Origin: a virus
Taxonomy: Duplodnaviria > Heunggongvirae > Uroviricota > Caudoviricetes
Direction: 5' to 3' (one strand)
Length of the DNA stretch: 8,314 nucleotides
IMG/VR virus record: IMGVR_UViG_2778261154_000010
Coordinates: 1 to 8,314 of that record
In this document: one piece after another, positions 1-5,642 of the stretch
Position numbering within the stretch: position 1 is the first letter of the stretch
How the letters are laid out: each line of letters starts with the position of its first letter
Made by a program: the position numbers and the translations under genes
The notes under the pieces: model-generated
What the model saw: only the letters and a program-made list of their open reading frames with translations
Told to the model about the DNA's origin: nothing
The model's database searches: none

Positions 1-13
1 TTTTTCTGCTCAT
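1..13 (-). CDS. Start of an unidentified minus-strand gene running off the window (only 4 codons, MSRK, visible)
   Basis: ATG at 13..11 preceded by AGGAG (plus-strand CTCCT at 20-24) with a 6-nt spacer, downstream of the stop of the 75..455 gene. Too short to assign a product. Confidence 0.3.
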
Positions 14-74
14 TATTAGCTCCTTCTGATGCCATTCTATTTCAGGAAGGAGTGTCCGTTAAACTCAGGCTACC

Positions 75-455
75 TCAGTTTGCCGCATGCAGTGATGGCA
101 GAATCACATAATCCTGCTGTTTTTCAGTAAACGCAGGGATTGGCTGAACAACTTCTGTCACATCTGCATGCTGACCCGTGTTTTCTGTTCCGGACGCTTC
201 CTGTCTGGCTGTTTTTTCACTCTCAGTCCCTCTCTGTGGGATTAAATCCACAACGGGGGTTTCACGATACCCGGCCTGTTTTTCCTCATCGCCGGATGTC
301 AGCCACCACATCGGGCCTTTGTTGTCTGCCTCACCCCGACGCTTCAGTTTCCACAGCTCGTTGATTGCTTCATCCCGGGTCATGCCCAGGCGTGCTGCAA
401 CTTCCTGTGAAGAGGCTTTTCCCATTGCTTTCAGTGCGTCAAAAACGGTCTCCAT
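75..455 (-). CDS. Small phage protein of unknown function, possible winged-helix fold, immediately downstream of P
   Basis: ORF track 75..521; I prefer the internal ATG at 455 (METVFDALKAMGK...), which has GGGAGA 9 nt upstream. The ATG at 521 has AGGAG only 1 nt away and would overlap P. The segment SSQEVAARLGMTRDEAINELWKLKRRG looks HTH-like. Family assignment from memory is uncertain. Confidence 0.6.
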   Translation of the reverse strand: METVFDALKAMGKASSQEVAARLGMTRDEAINELWKLKRRGEADNKGPMWWLTSGDEEKQAGYRETPVVDLIPQRGTESEKTARQEASGTENTGQHADVTEVVQPIPAFTEKQQDYVILPSLHAAN

Positions 456-489
456 AAAATTTTTCTCCCGGTAAAAATCACTTCTCAAC

Positions 490-1155
490 TCAAACAAAAC
501 CAGCCGCTTTCCGGCGTTCATACTCCTGTTTCAGCAACTCAATTGGCGTTGGTCCCGCAGGACGTTTTGGTCCTGCCAGTTGTCGCCGGATGGGCGGAAC
601 ACTGAAGCCATTACCAACATGCTTTGCCCATTTCGTCAGTTGCCGTTCTGCAAGTCGTTTTAACTCCCCTTCGGTCATCTGCCGCTCAATCCCTTTTGAA
701 CGCATCTCGAGGCAGATGTGATACAGCACGGGCTGGGGCCACGGGTATTTATCGCTCCCGTCGTATCGCCAGGACTCATTGCGCCAGCGACGGTACTCTT
801 CCATCACGGCATCCACCGTCAGACCGAATGGATTGGCTCCGCTTTCCGAAATCAGCGCCACAAACTCAGCCAGGTCCGGAGGCCATGTTTCACCCGCCCG
901 ACAACGCTCCATGCACTGGCGGCAGACCTGCCGGATTTGCTGCTCAGTCATCGCGCCAATCTGTGCAATCCAGAGCTTCGAAGGTGCGGCTCCGTTCTTC
1001 CGGGTCCAGCGGTTCGAATAAACCTCCCCCATGAGTTCCCACAGCTTCCAGGCCGTTTCCGTCGCTGATAAATCCGTTTTCACGTTCCCACTGCTCACGT
1101 GCTGCCCGAATTTCCTGAACTGCCCGTGATGCGGTGCCACCTGGTGCTGCTGCAT
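490..1155 (-). CDS. Replication protein P-like (helicase-loader family of lambdoid phages)
   Basis: 221-aa ORF directly after the O-like gene. The C-terminal two-thirds resemble lambda P as recalled from memory (YPW motif, basic C-terminal tail). ATG at 1155 has a G-rich SD (AAGGGGGG) 5 nt upstream. An alternative start at 951 (MTEQQ) overlaps the O stop in an ATGACTGA arrangement. The 5-prime boundary is uncertain because 944-1155 is also covered by the O frame. Confidence 0.7.
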   Translation of the reverse strand: MQQHQVAPHHGQFRKFGQHVSSGNVKTDLSATETAWKLWELMGEVYSNRWTRKNGAAPSKLWIAQIGAMTEQQIRQVCRQCMERCRAGETWPPDLAEFVALISESGANPFGLTVDAVMEEYRRWRNESWRYDGSDKYPWPQPVLYHICLEMRSKGIERQMTEGELKRLAERQLTKWAKHVGNGFSVPPIRRQLAGPKRPAGPTPIELLKQEYERRKAAGFV

Positions 1156-1984
1156 GGCTGCCCCCCTTGCTGACTGGTTTGACCTGTGCCCTGACGTGAT
1201 TTACGTGACGGGCGAATTTCTGCTCCCACTGAACCTGCGTGAACACTTTGCCCTCCGCCATCCAGTAATCCCGGAATGCGGCAAGTTCAGCAGGTGTAAA
1301 TTCCGGCTCCGGCAGAGCCACTCCCCACAATGCAGCCCGCCGTCGAAAATCCGGCGACGGATGCCAGCCATCGGTCATCGGAAATTTCCCGATGGGTTCA
1401 CTCAGGCCGTCCGGAAATTCAGGTTCCGCCACCTGCAACGGCGTACCGTTCGACTCGCTGGTCGGAGCACTCTCGCGCACGCGCGCGTTATGTGTGGGGT
1501 TTAATTCTTTATCTGTATCTTTATCTGTCGTGACTCGTCGTGACATGTCGTGACATATGCGTGACTCATCGTGACATCCCTCATCCTTTTTTCGTGATTT
1601 TTCCCTCTCACGCTGCGCTCTCTTCCGCTCTGCCGGGGATTTCGCGGTTTGCGAAACATTACCGTTATCCTCTTTCGCTACCTGGCGTTTTTCCCATCCG
1701 GTGATTAAATCTCCATCAAGTACCCGCCCCTGCATTGCCCGCAAAATTGAATCAATTGACTCTTCTGTCACGTCGAGCGCACTTGCCAAATCTTCTGTCG
1801 TGACATCAATGTGACCACGTCGTGACACGTCGTGACATGTCGTGACATTTCGTGACGCACTCACCAGAAGGTGAACATAAACCGCCATCACCGTTGCGAT
1901 TGGCTGCCCTGACACCCTGGAAATTGTTCGCCACTTGGGATCATTTGGCATGTCATGCCATAATCTGAGCCATGAAGTAGCCAT
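944..1984 (-). CDS. Phage replication initiation protein, O-like / replisome organizer, containing origin iterons
   Basis: 346-aa ORF with an N-terminal wHTH-like segment ([25 protein letters not shown]), a charged low-complexity linker and a C-terminal domain, followed by a P-like gene. Two arrays of CGTGAC 10-bp repeats lie inside it, as iterons do in lambda O. Its start ATG sits 2 nt after the stop of the upstream ORF (TAATTATG). Confidence 0.75.
   Translation of the reverse strand: MATSWLRLWHDMPNDPKWRTISRVSGQPIATVMAVYVHLLVSASRNVTTCHDVSRRGHIDVTTEDLASALDVTEESIDSILRAMQGRVLDGDLITGWEKRQVAKEDNGNVSQTAKSPAERKRAQREREKSRKKDEGCHDESRICHDMSRRVTTDKDTDKELNPTHNARVRESAPTSESNGTPLQVAEPEFPDGLSEPIGKFPMTDGWHPSPDFRRRAALWGVALPEPEFTPAELAAFRDYWMAEGKVFTQVQWEQKFARHVNHVRAQVKPVSKGGSHAAAPGGTASRAVQEIRAAREQWERENGFISDGNGLEAVGTHGGGLFEPLDPEERSRTFEALDCTDWRDD
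1528..1575. repeat. Iteron array 1: five phased copies of (T/G)CGTGAC at about 10-bp spacing, flanked by an AT-rich tract (1500-1527); putative ori
   Basis: CGTGAC at 1529, 1539, 1549, 1560 and 1570, with a degenerate CGTGAT at 1593. The adjacent ttaattctttatctgtatctttatctg is AT-rich. Lies in the linker-coding part of the O-like gene. Confidence 0.6.
1798..1856. repeat. Iteron array 2: six phased copies of the same CGTGAC(A) 10-bp unit inside the N-terminal coding part of the O-like gene
   Basis: CGTGAC at 1799, 1821, 1831, 1841 and 1851, plus TGTGAC at 1810; spacing 10-11 bp. Same unit as array 1, about 270 bp away. Confidence 0.55.
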
Positions 1985-1986
1985 AA

Positions 1987-2718
1987 TTAATACCAGCGCT
2001 CCGCTACCAGTTTTTTCCAGTTCCGGGTATCCTGGTACGCAATATCAATACCGTGACTAAGGTTCATATCACGGAACCATTGACGCTGCTCCCAGATCTG
2101 CCATCTGCGACATTTCACTTTCTTCGGGATTACCAGGACTGAAAGAACACCAAGAACCGGTGCTTTCCCTGTATAACGTCTTCGGGCATAATCACGTCTG
2201 CATACTGCCTTTAGACCAAAGTAAACCCCTGACGGAAATACAATCACAGCGCCAGCCAGCAGAACCAGGAGTAATCGGCGAGAACCATGGATACTATCTG
2301 GAGTGAATTTGTTACCTTGTTCAATACGAATCCAGCTCTCATTTCGTTCATATGGACCGTGATTACCTTTGGGTTGGGTATCTGTTTCGGTCATTGGCTG
2401 GCAGTAAACAGGGACAGACGCAAGGAATTCAACGCAATCGCAGATCCTATCGCGGCCGAATTGATGCAAAAAATTAACCTTGCCAGAAAAGGGCTTCTCA
2501 ACATAGTGCAAATTAGCCCGCGTGATATCGCTGAACTCGAAAGAATGCTTAGCGCCAGGAAAGCGCGAAGACTCAGCCATGCCTTCATGGCATATGAGAA
2601 GGCATGCGAAAATTGCGGTAGTTATTCTGTTGATGGTCTTTACGAATTTCACTCCCCCGAGATTTTTATTAAAGGGGCTGAAAACCTTCTGGTTTTTCTC
2701 AAGCGTCGATGATTTCAT
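1987..2718 (-). CDS. Hypothetical 243-aa protein embedded in the early operon between ydaT-like and O; predicted hydrophobic segments near the C-terminus
   Basis: ATG at 2718 lies 11 nt after the ydaT-like stop with GAGGA 7 nt upstream. Its stop TAA is 2 nt before the O start, and O has no good SD of its own, which suggests translational coupling. Codon usage in 1987-2286 is E. coli-like (ctg, ccg, cgt, ggt). Caveat: the 5-prime 430 bp is antisense to a plausible plus-strand ORF, so only one of the two may be real. Confidence 0.5.
   Translation of the reverse strand: MKSSTLEKNQKVFSPFNKNLGGVKFVKTINRITTAIFACLLICHEGMAESSRFPGAKHSFEFSDITRANLHYVEKPFSGKVNFLHQFGRDRICDCVEFLASVPVYCQPMTETDTQPKGNHGPYERNESWIRIEQGNKFTPDSIHGSRRLLLVLLAGAVIVFPSGVYFGLKAVCRRDYARRRYTGKAPVLGVLSVLVIPKKVKCRRWQIWEQRQWFRDMNLSHGIDIAYQDTRNWKKLVAERWY
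2287..2712 (+). CDS. Hypothetical 141-aa single-pass membrane protein, antisense to the early operon (possible moron or exclusion-type gene)
   Basis: ORF with a clean N-terminal TM helix ([24 protein letters not shown]) followed by NRDRRK and an amphipathic helical domain, so a very protein-like sequence. AGGAG at 2267-2271 is 15 nt from the ATG, which is poor spacing. It is the exact codon-aligned antisense frame of the 1987..2718 ORF, so it could be a shadow ORF. Confidence 0.35.
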   Translation: MDTIWSEFVTLFNTNPALISFIWTVITFGLGICFGHWLAVNRDRRKEFNAIADPIAAELMQKINLARKGLLNIVQISPRDIAELERMLSARKARRLSHAFMAYEKACENCGSYSVDGLYEFHSPEIFIKGAENLLVFLKRR

Positions 2719-2728
2719 TAATGCTTCC

Positions 2729-3154
2729 TCAATGTACAGCCACGGCATTTCCCGCCGGGCCACCACGATTCATCTGGTTGAAACCGGCGATCGCCACTGC
2801 GACAAAATCATCAGCATCTCTCACCAGTCGTTCCCGCGTCTCCACCAGCTCCCGAAAATAAGCTGAACTGTGGCTGCGCATTCTGGCCACCAGCAAAGGT
2901 GGCATTGCCTTTTCGATCGCTGGTAACAACGCCTGAATTTTTTCAACTGCATCAGGGGTGTCTTTCTCCACCCAGCGGAAAATTTTCTGAGTATTGCGAG
3001 CCAGGGCTTCCGGATGTGAATCGTCGTACAGCTCCGGAAACGTCATTCCCAGTTCAAAATACGCTTTGGTAATCTCTGCAGCCGGTACTTTCTCACCGTC
3101 CGGATGCGCCCAGGTATTCATCGCCATGCGGATGTGTTCATGCCTGATTTTCAT
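2729..3154 (-). CDS. ydaT: YdaT-like protein (cII-position gene of Rac-type prophages)
   Basis: 141-aa ORF (MKIRHEHIRMAMNTWAHPDGEK...) immediately downstream of, and overlapping by 17 nt, the Cro/YdaS-like gene. GGAG sits 7 nt upstream of the ATG at 3154. Size and position match the YdaS-YdaT pair of Rac-like prophages; the assignment is from memory. Confidence 0.7.
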   Translation of the reverse strand: MKIRHEHIRMAMNTWAHPDGEKVPAAEITKAYFELGMTFPELYDDSHPEALARNTQKIFRWVEKDTPDAVEKIQALLPAIEKAMPPLLVARMRSHSSAYFRELVETRERLVRDADDFVAVAIAGFNQMNRGGPAGNAVAVH

Positions 3155-3410
3155 GAATCAACTCCGGTTCATTTGATCTGTTAACCTTACATCCAACAGG
3201 TAAACCGTCGGTCGGGTTAGGGTATTTATCAGGGCGCAATTCATGCGGAGTCACTCCCCAGTCAAGCGCCTCACATGCAGGAATAACCTCCTCCGCAGGA
3301 ACTCGTTTTTTAAACCACCCACTTATGGTTTGTGGAGTTTTACCAAGACGACGCCCTAATTCTGATTGGCTCATTATCGACAGGATTTTTATTTGAGTAC
3401 TTTTTTGCAT
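3138..3410 (-). CDS. Cro/YdaS-like HTH DNA-binding protein (first gene of the early operon)
   Basis: ORF track 3138..3422 begins at a TTG. I prefer the ATG at 3410 (MQKSTQIKILSIMSQSELGRRLGKTPQTISGW...), which has GGAGGG 4 nt upstream. The HTH is near the N-terminus and an LRPD motif near the C-terminus is typical of YdaS/Cro-like proteins. Divergent from the repressor gene. Confidence 0.75.
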   Translation of the reverse strand: MQKSTQIKILSIMSQSELGRRLGKTPQTISGWFKKRVPAEEVIPACEALDWGVTPHELRPDKYPNPTDGLPVGCKVNRSNEPELIHENQA

Positions 3411-3536
3411 GTTTCCCTCCAAACTTTACGATGGTATCGATAATTACAAATTTAATTTTAAATTTCAACTTCTATTTGTAATGCCACTTATCAATTTTTT
3501 CTGTAGAATTGCGAGATTAGTTTTCGAGGGGTGGTG
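3411..3536. promoter_or_regulatory. Divergent promoter/operator region between the cro-like and repressor genes
   Basis: AT-rich 126-bp intergenic region. Contains the 15-mer AATTACAAATTTAAT (3442-3456), which recurs exactly at 4684-4698, plus a partial inverted partner ATTTGTAA (3475-3482). Candidate -10 TAGAAT at 3504-3509 for the repressor gene; candidate -35 TTGAAA on the minus strand for the cro-like gene. Confidence 0.55.
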
Positions 3537-3929
3537 ATGATCTTTGTAAAACGCCTTCAGCAGGTGTTGCAGGAATTGAATATAAACCAGTCAGAGCTGG
3601 GAAGACGTCTTGGTGTAAAACCCCAATCCGTGCAAGGTTGGTTGAAAGGCGTGATGCCAAGAATGGATAAACTGGAAAAATTAGCAGAGCTCTCACAACA
3701 TCCCGTCCATTGGTTCTTTATGGAAGAAGAAGCTCTCGGCGATAAGATGGCTGTATCCACTAATGACAACCAACCGCAACTTACAGAACAGCAACGAAAA
3801 ATCATATCGCTTTTAGATGAGTTACCTCAAAGCGACGCAGAGCAGATCATTCGAGATATGGAGCAAAAACGCGATTTCTATAAACGAAAACTTGAAGAGT
3901 TACTGCGGCAGAAAAACAAAACTGCCTGA
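3537..3929 (+). CDS. Prophage immunity repressor, XRE-family HTH (DicA/RacR-like)
   Basis: ORF track 3531..3929 begins at a GTG; the ATG at 3537 has GAGG 6 nt upstream. N-terminal HTH (QSELGRRLGVKPQSVQGWLKG) and a C-terminal helical region resembling DicA as recalled. Divergent from the cro-like gene. Confidence 0.8.
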   Translation: MIFVKRLQQVLQELNINQSELGRRLGVKPQSVQGWLKGVMPRMDKLEKLAELSQHPVHWFFMEEEALGDKMAVSTNDNQPQLTEQQRKIISLLDELPQSDAEQIIRDMEQKRDFYKRKLEELLRQKNKTA

Positions 3930-3975
3930 TGCGTTCCTTTTCTGGAACGAGTATCAGGCAAATGACTAGCAGATT

Positions 3976-4335
3976 TTATAATCCCACCAAGCTTTCCAAG
4001 GGGATACCAAATTGATTATGAAGACGGCGAATCATTGGTAACGTAAGGCTTCTGGTGCCATTCAACACCTCGTAAACCCGATTTTTTTTCCCAATTGCGG
4101 GTTCCAAATCTTTCACGGTCAGCCCCTGCTGTTCCATGCGAAATCTTATAGCTTCAATTGGGGATGGTGGCTCAATGGGATAATGTTTTTTTTCATATTC
4201 CTCTATTAGCAAACACATCACCTCAAAGAAATCCCCCTCAGGCGTGTTAATTTCCGGTTCATTGTCGAACATAGGCTCAACAGCACGCAACGCGGCTTCA
4301 TAATCTTGCTCTGTACGAATAGGTTTGATGTTCAT
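3976..4335 (-). CDS. higA: HigA-like antitoxin (XRE-family HTH) of a type II toxin-antitoxin pair
   Basis: 119-aa ORF starting 2 nt after the toxin stop, with GGAG 5 nt upstream. C-terminal HTH (GLTVKDLEPAIGKKNRVYEVLNGTRSLTLPMIRRLHNQFGI) typical of HigA antitoxins. Toxin-first gene order is typical of HigBA. Confidence 0.75.
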   Translation of the reverse strand: MNIKPIRTEQDYEAALRAVEPMFDNEPEINTPEGDFFEVMCLLIEEYEKKHYPIEPPSPIEAIRFRMEQQGLTVKDLEPAIGKKNRVYEVLNGTRSLTLPMIRRLHNQFGIPLESLVGL

Positions 4336-4337
4336 GC

Positions 4338-4640
4338 TTACTCCAGTTCGATGGTATCAGCATCAATGGCATCGTATTCCTTGTGGCTTCCGATGAATTT
4401 AACAAATACCCATCCTCGCTGATACGCAATTGCAACAATTAAACGGTAATGATTACCTTTTATGTTGAATACCACACGCCGGCTTTTCAATATACTAGCC
4501 GTTCGGTATTGTGCCTTAATGTCTGCCGGGCTTTTCCAGTCAGCTTTTGCTGCCTCATCCACCCATGCCCTTAGCGGTTGTTCTGCATCGGGATTCTCCG
4601 CCCAAAAATCCCTGAGTGTTTTAACTGAGATGATCTTCAT
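4338..4640 (-). CDS. higB: HigB-like toxin (RelE/ParE superfamily mRNA interferase)
   Basis: ORF track 4338..4685; I prefer the ATG at 4640 (MKIISVKTLRDFW..., 100 aa) because a sigma70-like promoter sits inside the upstream extension. The motif NIKGNHYRLIVAIAYQRGWVFVKFIGSHKEYD parallels the E. coli HigB C-terminal region as recalled. Confidence 0.7.
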   Translation of the reverse strand: MKIISVKTLRDFWAENPDAEQPLRAWVDEAAKADWKSPADIKAQYRTASILKSRRVVFNIKGNHYRLIVAIAYQRGWVFVKFIGSHKEYDAIDADTIELE

Positions 4641-4646
4641 AACTGC

Positions 4647-4675
4647 ATGATAGTCCCATTTTGGGACTAATGCAA
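4647..4675 (-). promoter_or_regulatory. Putative higBA promoter with a palindromic operator in the spacer
   Basis: Minus strand reads TTGCAT - 17 nt - TATCAT, with the perfect inverted repeat TAGTCCCA-AAA-TGGGACTA (4651-4669) filling the spacer. The -10 ends 6 nt before the ATG at 4640, implying a leaderless or near-leaderless toxin mRNA. Confidence 0.5.
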
Positions 4676-4683
4676 TCGTTCGC

Positions 4684-4743
4684 AATTACAAATTTAATAA
4701 TAAATATATTGACCAATTAAATTTTAATTTGTAGATTGTATCC
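4684..4743 (+). promoter_or_regulatory. Putative early-left (dicB-operon, Pb-like) promoter with repressor operators
   Basis: -35 TTGACC (4709-4714), 17-bp spacer, -10 TAGATT (4732-4737). The 15-mer AATTACAAATTTAAT (4684-4698) lies just upstream of the -35 and its degenerate inverted partner (ATTAAATTTTAATTTGTA) fills the spacer. Confidence 0.55.
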
Positions 4744-4912
4744 ATCAACCCACCCCGCCCCACAGAACGCAGGGCAATACTTCGAGTTACCAGGCAGTGG
4801 TCAGGGGTTAAGTAGCCAGCCCGAGGCGTAAGAACATGACGGCAGGGTTCAAATTTTGCAGTGCAGCAGGTTTTAGTTCCGCCACCCGGCGTTAAGGGGA
4901 AATGAGGTCAAC

Positions 4913-5068
4913 ATGAATACTATCGATCTTGGCAACAACGAATCTCTGGTATGTGGCGTGTTCCCCAACCAGGATGGAACGTTCACCGCCATGACTTATA
5001 CCAAAAGCAAAACGTTTAAAACCGAAGCTGGCGCGCGTCGCTGGCTGGAAAGAAACTCAGGTGAGTGA
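4913..5068 (+). CDS. ydfA: YdfA-like small protein (51 aa)
   Basis: ATG at 4913 with GAGG 5 nt upstream; MNTIDLGNNESLVCGVFPNQDGTFTAMTYTKSKTFKTEAGARRWLERNSGE. Size and position as first gene of a ydfABC-dicF-dicB operon as in Qin; below the ORF-track length cutoff. Confidence 0.7.
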   Translation: MNTIDLGNNESLVCGVFPNQDGTFTAMTYTKSKTFKTEAGARRWLERNSGE

Positions 5069-5069
5069 T

Positions 5070-5198
5070 ATGGATTTCGACACAATCATGGAAAAGGCTT
5101 ACGAAGAATACTTCGAAGGCCTTGCCGAAGGCGAAGAAGCTCTCAGCTTCAGCGAATTTAAACAGGCGCTTTCCAGTTCGGCAAAATCTAACGGCTGA
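5070..5198 (+). CDS. ydfB: YdfB-like small protein (42 aa)
   Basis: ATG at 5070, 1 nt after the ydfA stop, with AGGTGA 6 nt upstream; MDFDTIMEKAYEEYFEGLAEGEEALSFSEFKQALSSSAKSNG. The ORF track instead shows a 90-aa ORF in another frame (5065..5337), which I reject. Confidence 0.7.
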   Translation: MDFDTIMEKAYEEYFEGLAEGEEALSFSEFKQALSSSAKSNG

Positions 5199-5226
5199 TA
5201 AGCGAAACAGCACGCGAGGAATCAGT

Positions 5227-5337
5227 ATGCAGAAACGAGAACCCGTCATCATCGCGCCAGACTATACCGATGATGAACTTTATGAGTGGATTTTGGCGGC
5301 ATCAGTTTCATTGCTGGCTGATGTCCGCCCTTTTTAA
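5227..5337 (+). CDS. YdfC-like short ORF (36 aa) whose 3-prime end reads through the DicF-like sRNA sequence
   Basis: ATG at 5227 with GAGGA 6 nt upstream; MQKREPVIIAPDYTDDELYEW.... The stop TAA lies in the terminator T-tract. Shorter than K-12 YdfC as I recall it, and the tail may be fortuitous translation of the sRNA region. Confidence 0.4.
   Translation: MQKREPVIIAPDYTDDELYEWILAASVSLLADVRPF
5279..5335 (+). ncRNA. dicF: DicF-like small RNA (cell-division inhibitor sRNA of dicB-type operons), divergent variant
   Basis: The core GGCGGCATCAGTTTCATTGCTGGCTGATGTCCGCCCTTTTT closely resembles K-12 DicF as recalled, and the following AAAGTGAATTTTGTGATG..GGTGAATGCGGCT.AGCGCACGCGG also resembles the K-12 downstream sequence. 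The 5-prime end is set by processing and is approximate. Confidence 0.7.
5295..5335 (+). terminator. Rho-independent terminator forming the DicF 3-prime end
   Basis: Stem GGCGG-c-ATCAG (5295-5305) pairs with CTGAT-gt-CCGCC (5318-5329), leaving a 12-nt loop, followed by CTTTTT (5330-5335). Confidence 0.65.
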
Positions 5338-5619
5338 AGTGAATTTTGTGATGCGGTGAATGCGGCTAAGCGCACGCGGCACAGTTAAAAGTCATGTTAG
5401 TCCTTATTGTTTTGGGTGGGAAAGCCGACTGTAATTGTTAACTGGTTAACGTCACCTGGAGGCACTAGGCACCGCATCAACAAAGTTCACTTCGGTGATG
5501 AAAGGAAAGAGAAAATGTTGAATGTAGCTATTGAAAACCAGAACGGGTGGAATTATAGTGCACCTGCACCTCATAAAACGGGTGCCGGGATTAGCACCCC
5601 GAAAGTTACTCGAGCGCAT

Positions 5620-5642
5620 AACCGCGCTGAAGCGGTTTTTTT
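5620..5642 (+). terminator. Short hairpin plus T7 tract; weak candidate intrinsic terminator or attenuator
   Basis: AACCGC-gctgaa-GCGGTT followed by a run of seven T (5636-5642). The stem is only 6 bp, so function is uncertain. Confidence 0.3.

Noticed and set aside
140-1533. Plus-strand ORFs 140..364, 178..474, 624..1034, 718..1068, 779..1021, 1154..1504 and 1330..1533
   Set aside because: They are antisense to the P-like, O-like and downstream genes, have low-complexity Arg/Ser/Pro-rich translations, and have no ribosome-binding sites; they are shadows of the minus-strand replication genes.
1528-1856. Short direct repeats considered as a CRISPR array
   Set aside because: The repeat unit is only about 10 bp with no spacers and lies inside a coding sequence; this is the signature of origin iterons, not CRISPR.
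1987-2766. Full-length 259-aa version of the minus-strand ORF starting at 2766
   Set aside because: That start lies 38 nt inside ydaT-like with no RBS; the ATG at 2718 has GAGGA 7 nt upstream and sits just after the ydaT stop.
2391-3176. ORFs 2391..2588 (-), 2522..2866 (+) and 2994..3176 (+)
   Set aside because: They are out of frame with, or antisense to, the better-supported ORFs in this region (ydaT-like and the 1987..2718 / 2287..2712 pair), have no RBS and implausible composition.
3557-3805. ORF 3557..3805 (-) inside the repressor gene
   Set aside because: Antisense shadow of the HTH repressor; Cys/Ser-rich translation.
3933-3950. Hairpin CGTTCC-ttttct-GGAACG between the convergent repressor and higA genes, considered as a terminator
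   Set aside because: It is a perfect 6-bp stem but has no U-tract on either strand, so it is not called as an intrinsic terminator; it could still be an RNA stability element.
4462-4650. ORF 4462..4650 (+) inside higB
   Set aside because: Antisense shadow of the HigB-like toxin gene.
5016-5337. ORFs 5016..5252 (-) and 5065..5337 (+, 90 aa)
   Set aside because: The region is better explained by three short RBS-preceded genes (ydfA, ydfB in another frame, and a short ydfC-like ORF). The 90-aa frame begins inside ydfA and overlaps ydfB out of frame.
5430-5451. LexA (SOS) box candidate CTGTAATTGTTAACTG
   Set aside because: The right arm is CTG, not the required CAG, so it does not match the CTG-N10-CAG core; the nearby GTTAAC pair is more likely an unrelated palindrome.
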